Shown here piece after piece: positions 59,244 to 64,000 of a DNA stretch of 64,000 nucleotides (the stretch's first letter is position 1; each line of letters opens with the position of its first letter). The position numbers were made by a program, and so were the translations under genes. A model generated the notes under the pieces. The model ran no database searches. It worked only from the letters and a program-made list of their open reading frames with translations, and had not been told where the DNA came from. This DNA comes from a virus. The stretch is taken from positions 7,032-71,031 of the IMG/VR virus record IMGVR_UViG_3300028815_000061; one strand, written 5' to 3'.

Positions 59244-59480
59244 CTACGGCCTGGCCGAAGGTTCCGCCCTCATCACCCATCCTACTATTAACCACCCACC
59301 CCATACCCAGTCAGGTACCAGGTCAAACCCCAGTTCGTCCAGGTGTGACCGTAATGGCCTTCCATCATCAGCTACCCACCATCTCCTAGTCATCACGGCC
59401 AGGTCCTTCCTTGGCGCGTGGATAATCACCAGGCCCCGTCCCCTGTAATAGGCGTACGCCATCCGGCCGTAATAAAACAT
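59244..59480 (-). CDS. Hypothetical protein
   Basis: 78-aa Trp-rich ORF near the start of the late operon. Confidence 0.45.
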   Translation of the reverse strand: MFYYGRMAYAYYRGRGLVIIHAPRKDLAVMTRRWWVADDGRPLRSHLDELGFDLVPDWVWGGWLIVGWVMRAEPSARP

Positions 59481-59545
59481 GTCCCTACGTGTCCATCACC
59501 GAAGAAAATAGTTTTCCTCGTTTTCCTCGTTTTCTTCGTTTTCCA

Positions 59546-59564
59546 TGATAACACAGTGTAATCA
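59546..59564. promoter_or_regulatory. Second copy of the 19-bp operator
   Basis: TGATAACACAGTGTAATCA, 18/19 identical to 56305-56323. Confidence 0.75.
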
Positions 59565-59656
59565 CCTGGTCCAGGCCAGTTTTTCGCCAGGCCCCCCGTG
59601 TGTGTGGAGAGGTGGACGATACAATGCCAGGAATTAGAACACATGTTCATGGGTCC

Positions 59657-59709
59657 CACCCCCATATATAGGGGGTAGATGGAAGGCACCCCCCACATAT
59701 AGGGTAGAT
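59657..59709. repeat. Imperfect tandem repeats CACCCCC..ATATAGGG..TAGAT at the divergence point
   Basis: Copies at 59657-59680 and 59687-59709; the first is internally palindromic. Confidence 0.65.
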
Positions 59710-60268
59710 TTTTGGTATCGTCTTGCTGTACAATGATGGTCAGAACGTTAACAGCGAAATCGACAGCGGAGTACCGGAGTTGTTCACCGGGTCACCCCGA
59801 AGGGGTGTGGTGAGGCATAGCCCTACGCTGATGGGAGTACCTTAACAATCAAGATCGGATAGCGCGCACATAGGGGTGGCACCCTTGGAGCGCACCACCG
59901 ACGAATACCACGCTAATACCACGCGGCAAACATGCGCGGCCCTCCTGTGAACGGTGTGTGGTGAGAATGTCCTACCGGACGATGCGTAGCTAGTGTACAC
60001 GAGCGCCACTCGGTACACCGGCGAGGCGGGGAGATGGTACAAGCGCGCGGGGCTAGGGATACGGGACCTAGGACCAGCGGTAGTCCGATAACATGCGGCC
60101 GGACGTGGGAGTGTAGGGACCAATCAACGGCTCGACCTGATAATCAACGAGCGCCAGCCCTGCCTAGGGGTGGTCCACGAGGGACTAGCAACCCCTCGCG
60201 CGAGCATAATGTGAGCGCGCGAGGGAGTGCTAGTGGTAGCACCAATACGCACACGTATGAGGTGATTT

Positions 60269-60601
60269 ATGAGTACGTTAATGTTTCACAATGGCAAGGG
60301 ATGGGAGCGCGCGGGTACATGCAAGGACGGCGACAATGTCGGGCACGCGGCCGACGGTATCGGGTTCTACGCCGGACCATTCGGGTACGTGAGTCTGGGT
60401 ATTGGCGACCAGGTGGAATGCCGTACACGAGCGCAAAAGAGAGCTGTCAACCAGGGCCTACACGCGGCCACGGGGTGGACAAGCTACTCCGCAACGTTTG
60501 ACGTCATCAAGCACGTGACAGGCGCGGTCATCCGCGTACACAGGCACGTGCGCAATGAGGACGGCGAGAAAATGTGGGCAGTATTCGAGCGAACAATGTA
60601 A
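60269..60601 (+). CDS. Hypothetical early protein
   Basis: SD GAGGTG. Confidence 0.7.
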   Translation: MSTLMFHNGKGWERAGTCKDGDNVGHAADGIGFYAGPFGYVSLGIGDQVECRTRAQKRAVNQGLHAATGWTSYSATFDVIKHVTGAVIRVHRHVRNEDGEKMWAVFERTM

Positions 60602-60733
60602 CACACGCGCCCACACGCATAGCAAGAGAGGTGAAATTGTAAGGACGACGAAACGCGCGGGTCTGGAGAAAGAGCCGCCCGCGTGTAGGGTGCCCGCCAG
60701 AGAGGTGCCCCTGATGAGTCATGAGGTGAACAG

Positions 60734-61168
60734 ATGAAAAAGTATCACAAGTCAAGGCGCGCGCGCAAGGCCCGCGCATCATGGGTAACATCCGACCACC
60801 GTACCACGCACCCGGATACGCGGGTATCGCCCGGGTGGACGCCCACAGCCAGGGTACCGCATGGGACAACACAGCCCGCGCGCCAAACACGCGAGGAACG
60901 CAGGCTCCTCCAGGCCTGGTCTGAGGACCGGGTAGTCTGGAAGGACGGCCGCACGCAGGAAACCCCAAGACCAGGAGAGTACACGCGCAAGGTCCCGGAC
61001 CTGGTGTACCGGTGCATGGAAAATGGCCAGGTGGTTGAGCGCAGGATTGCCCGCAAGATGGGCGAGTGCCCGGATGTGCGCCCGGTCGAGGGGCGCGCGC
61101 GGGACGTCGAGACTGGAAAATTGAGCTACACCCAGGCCGTCCAACACGGAATCGTGCGCGAGGAGTAG
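60734..61168 (+). CDS. Hypothetical early protein with Arg-rich N-terminus
   Basis: SD GAGGTG; MKKYHKSRRARKAR. Confidence 0.65.
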   Translation: MKKYHKSRRARKARASWVTSDHRTTHPDTRVSPGWTPTARVPHGTTQPARQTREERRLLQAWSEDRVVWKDGRTQETPRPGEYTRKVPDLVYRCMENGQVVERRIARKMGECPDVRPVEGRARDVETGKLSYTQAVQHGIVREE

Positions 61169-61355
61169 GCGCACGGGTACCCGGCATCACCCGGCCCGGT
61201 GGTGCCAGGTGCCCGCGTGCAGCGCGGCGTGTGTGCGTAGGGCGGGACGGTCCCCGACCTCCAACCGCCCACGGGCACAAGGTTTACCGATAGCACCGAC
61301 GTACCATGTACGCGGGTGCATAGCAGCGCCTATACTGGGCGCAAGGAGTAAAGTC

Positions 61356-61535
61356 ATGTTTCGCAGGACCAACAACAAGAACAAGCGCGGGTACGTACGT
61401 GACCAGGGCAACACGGACACCACGACCACGTACGCGAACACCCCACGATCCCGGCGCAACGTCAACACGAGTGTGAACAAGAAGCACGGGCGCTATCCGT
61501 CCGGGTGGTATTCGACTGGTTGCGAGGAGGAGTAA
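61356..61535 (+). CDS. Small basic protein
   Basis: SD AAGGAG. Confidence 0.55.
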   Translation: MFRRTNNKNKRGYVRDQGNTDTTTTYANTPRSRRNVNTSVNKKHGRYPSGWYSTGCEEE

Positions 61536-61625
61536 CCAGGCCAGACATCGGGGGCATTACGTGCGGGCGTAGTGCCTCCGGGTTTGTATTGGTTATACGG
61601 GCGCAAGCCCAAAGGAGATAGAGTC

Positions 61626-61811
61626 ATGAGTTTGTTAATCGCAGGTATCGTACTGGCAGGCGCGTTATTCGCGGTTGCCTGTTGGCTGTGGATTGCGGCC
61701 AACATGGGCGAGGCCGAGTTACCAGAGCGCGACGGCCTAGCCACTAATCGGAGCGGGAACGCGCATCCCGACTATTCTCCCCGGCGTCACAAGCTGATGC
61801 GGGACTGGTAG
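61626..61811 (+). CDS. Small single-TM protein
   Basis: SD AAGGAG; hydrophobic N-terminus. Confidence 0.65.
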   Translation: MSLLIAGIVLAGALFAVACWLWIAANMGEAELPERDGLATNRSGNAHPDYSPRRHKLMRDW

Positions 61812-61818
61812 GTGTAAC

Positions 61819-62217
61819 ATGGCACGCATATTCAAGCGCGAGATTGCCGCAGCACAGGGACCGTTTAGCACCAGGTATGGCGAGTACGGGGTGTTCGCAA
61901 TCGAGAAGATGAGCAGGAACGATTGCCCGTACCTGGTCATCAAGGGCACTGGTTGCCAGGTGCATGCCATGCCCGCCAAGGGGTTCCGCAAGACAGGCGA
62001 GGTTATTGTGTACTGGAATCACTGGGCAGCGCGCACAAACTACAGCTTGGGCGTGTTCAAGCGCGAGTGCCTGGTCGAGTTGATACTGGAGTTCGGCAAC
62101 ATGCAACCACGTGACATGTGGAAAGCGTTGAACAACATGGGCATGGTGCGTGAGGGCATGGAGCGTGGCGAGCCTGTTGGGTGGGGTGGATACCCCGACC
62201 CAGATGAGGAGGAGTAA
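61819..62217 (+). CDS. Hypothetical early protein
   Basis: SD AGGTG; packed. Confidence 0.7.
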   Translation: MARIFKREIAAAQGPFSTRYGEYGVFAIEKMSRNDCPYLVIKGTGCQVHAMPAKGFRKTGEVIVYWNHWAARTNYSLGVFKRECLVELILEFGNMQPRDMWKALNNMGMVREGMERGEPVGWGGYPDPDEEE

Positions 62218-62220
62218 GTC

Positions 62221-62370
62221 ATGGTCTGGATAGTCGTCGGCATCCTGCTCGTAATCGTAGGCGATAACATGCGCCAGATCGAGCGCGAGATAGCTGGAGT
62301 GTTGTCGTTTATGGCGACGGCATTAGGTGCCAGCATGATACTGGCACAGGTGTTGGCTTGGTTTAATTAG
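62221..62370 (+). CDS. 49-aa two-TM peptide (below ORF track cut-off)
   Basis: SD GGAGGAG; MVWIVVGILLVIVG...IAGVLSFMATALGASMILAQVLAWFN. Confidence 0.6.
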   Translation: MVWIVVGILLVIVGDNMRQIEREIAGVLSFMATALGASMILAQVLAWFN

Positions 62371-62398
62371 CGGGTGCCCGCCCGCAAAGGAGTGAGTC

Positions 62399-62848
62399 AT
62401 GGGCATTGTATTTACACTCGACTACGACGGGGATATGTACCTCAATGGGCGCATGGTCCTGCCGTGGGACGTGTGGGACGTGCCTGAGTGGAACTGGACG
62501 TACGAGTACGACTGGTTTGGCACGGTGCATGAAGGCGATGAGGACCCCGTGTACCCCACGTACCACGAGCAGAAGAACAAGCGCATCGAATACACCGGGC
62601 GATGCTCTTGCGAACACTGCCAGCGTTACTATCACCACACCGATCACGGGTTCCGCCAGCGTGGTCCCGCTCAGGTGTGGGAGATGCACGGGCATAGGCG
62701 CGAGAGCTACGGCCCATGCCGTGCGCGCCTGGTCGGTGCATTTAACTGCTGGAAACAACACCGGCATTATCAGGCGCATGGCCGGGTACGCATTCCTAAG
62801 CGGGTTGACCCTGTTGACCTACTGCATGGCATGTATCCGCTGCGGTAG
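62399..62848 (+). CDS. Hypothetical early protein
   Basis: SD AAGGAG. Confidence 0.6.
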   Translation: MGIVFTLDYDGDMYLNGRMVLPWDVWDVPEWNWTYEYDWFGTVHEGDEDPVYPTYHEQKNKRIEYTGRCSCEHCQRYYHHTDHGFRQRGPAQVWEMHGHRRESYGPCRARLVGAFNCWKQHRHYQAHGRVRIPKRVDPVDLLHGMYPLR

Positions 62849-62976
62849 CCAGGAGCCAGGGGCAGGACTATGCGGGCGCGGTCCTGCCTCCCCTCCTGCC
62901 TATGAGCAGGTTTATCGTCCACGTGTGGTGACCGGGACGACCACCACACATATCTCCGCGCATGCGGAAAGGAGTC

Positions 62977-63354
62977 ATGATGTCCGATCAAATCACCTAT
63001 GTACCCGCCAACGTAGTCCAGAAAAATCCTGCACTCGTTGGCCTCCTGCAAGAGCAGGGCTACACCGTCGTCATCGACGAGCCGAACGGCCAGAACGGGC
63101 GCGGCCAACAGGTTACACCTGTGCCCGAGACGAAGGCCGAAGGCTGGACCAATGTCGCCGGGTATCCGTGCAAGAGCAGGTTCACGGCCTACACCAGCAG
63201 CTTGAATATCGTCAAGCACCTGAATGGCCGGTGCAAGTGCGCTAGTGGGCAACCCGATGAGTGCCCCGCCGCTTCACGCTATGGGTACACACAAGAGCAG
63301 CTTGGTTCCGACACCGAGATTCAGGTACCCGACCACCTGAAAAAGCCTGCCTAA
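62977..63354 (+). CDS. Hypothetical early protein with Cys/His cluster
   Basis: SD AAGGAG. Confidence 0.7.
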   Translation: MMSDQITYVPANVVQKNPALVGLLQEQGYTVVIDEPNGQNGRGQQVTPVPETKAEGWTNVAGYPCKSRFTAYTSSLNIVKHLNGRCKCASGQPDECPAASRYGYTQEQLGSDTEIQVPDHLKKPA

Positions 63355-63599
63355 TCACGCGGGCGTGATATGTGAGTCAGGCCAATGGTCATGAGCCTGA
63401 CTCACACGTTATCATACGGCATGACCAGTACATAGGGACATAGCACAGCCATGATTTAACGGGTGGACCATGCCCACGTGCAATCAATACGCCGTTCAAG
63501 GCTAGGGCGAAGGACAGTAAGCCTGACCACGTGGTCATGGATGTGCCCATTAGAGAGTTGGCACAAACTAGGCACGCGGTGCGTGCAAGGAAGGTAGGC

Positions 63600-63941
63600 A
63601 TGTTAGGTGCATATATGCACGAGTGGAGACGGTCACCACCTAATGACCGTGTCGTGGCCAGGTATGAATGGGCACGACTGTATGCAGTTCAGGTTAACAC
63701 GGGCGCAGACCTCACGCCATTGTTAGATGAGCTAAACAAGGTCATCACAGGCACGGTACCGGCGCGCAAGTTGGCCGATATGATTGAGCAGGAGTTAGTG
63801 CACACGTGTGAACGTGCGCAGTTCAATGCCATGTTGGACCGGGGTGTTATGGACCGGGCAAAAGCACGAGCAATCAACTACCACTCAGTCAAGATCGCCA
63901 TGCACGGGCACATGATGCGCCTGTTTGGAGTCGTGTCATGA
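63600..63941 (+). CDS. Hypothetical early protein
   Basis: AAGGAAGG upstream; ATGA overlap with an ORF running off the window end. Confidence 0.55.
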   Translation: MLGAYMHEWRRSPPNDRVVARYEWARLYAVQVNTGADLTPLLDELNKVITGTVPARKLADMIEQELVHTCERAQFNAMLDRGVMDRAKARAINYHSVKIAMHGHMMRLFGVVS

Positions 63942-64000
63942 GCGAGTTGACATTCGAGGAACAGGTTGAACTAGCTTCATCGCTCAGGTACCTGGTTGAG

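Larger units (their letters stand above)
1..64000. mobile_element. Tailed dsDNA bacteriophage (Caudoviricetes, siphovirus-like), large part of genome
   Basis: Terminase, portal, protease, capsid, tape measure, lysis and replication genes in modular order; dense ATGA-type overlaps; no housekeeping genes. Confidence 0.97.

Noticed and set aside
60528-61280. 250-aa - strand ORF and other GC-rich alternative ORFs in the early region
   Set aside because: Pro/Arg/Gly-rich, no SD, and overlapping SD-supported + strand genes
1-64000. tRNA genes, integrase/att site, DNA or RNA polymerase, introns or inteins
   Set aside because: No recognisable signatures found by eye; they may lie outside the window, so lifestyle is not called

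Overview
The whole window looks like most of one tailed dsDNA phage genome (siphovirus-like, long tape measure, no sheath gene). I found no host genes, integrase, tRNA or CRISPR array. Layout: + strand replication and early genes at 1-10 kb (PcfJ-like protein, lambda-O-like initiator with internal iterons, primase, DnaB-like helicase, PD-(D/E)xK nuclease). A long - strand late region at 10.1-59.5 kb carries terminase, portal, protease/scaffold, a capsid gene split by a frameshift, a glycosyltransferase/sulfotransferase/methyltransferase cassette, fibre and beta-helix proteins, the tail and the lysis cassette. A divergent + strand early operon starts at about 59.7 kb with a long structured leader. 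A Chloroflexota host is a tentative inference. The most interesting signals are: (1) a separately transcribed glycosylation-sulfation-methylation cassette; (2) a possible regulatory circuit visible in the DNA, made of back-to-back promoters sharing one palindromic -35, a leaderless ribbon-helix-helix gene, a 19-bp operator at three sites, and a candidate small RNA complementary to start regions of primase and early genes; (3) two late promoters followed by an identical boxA-like 18-mer and a terminator; (4) a holin-like gene enclosed by a 15-bp RNA stem. All calls come from reading motifs by eye; no database searches or folding were run.
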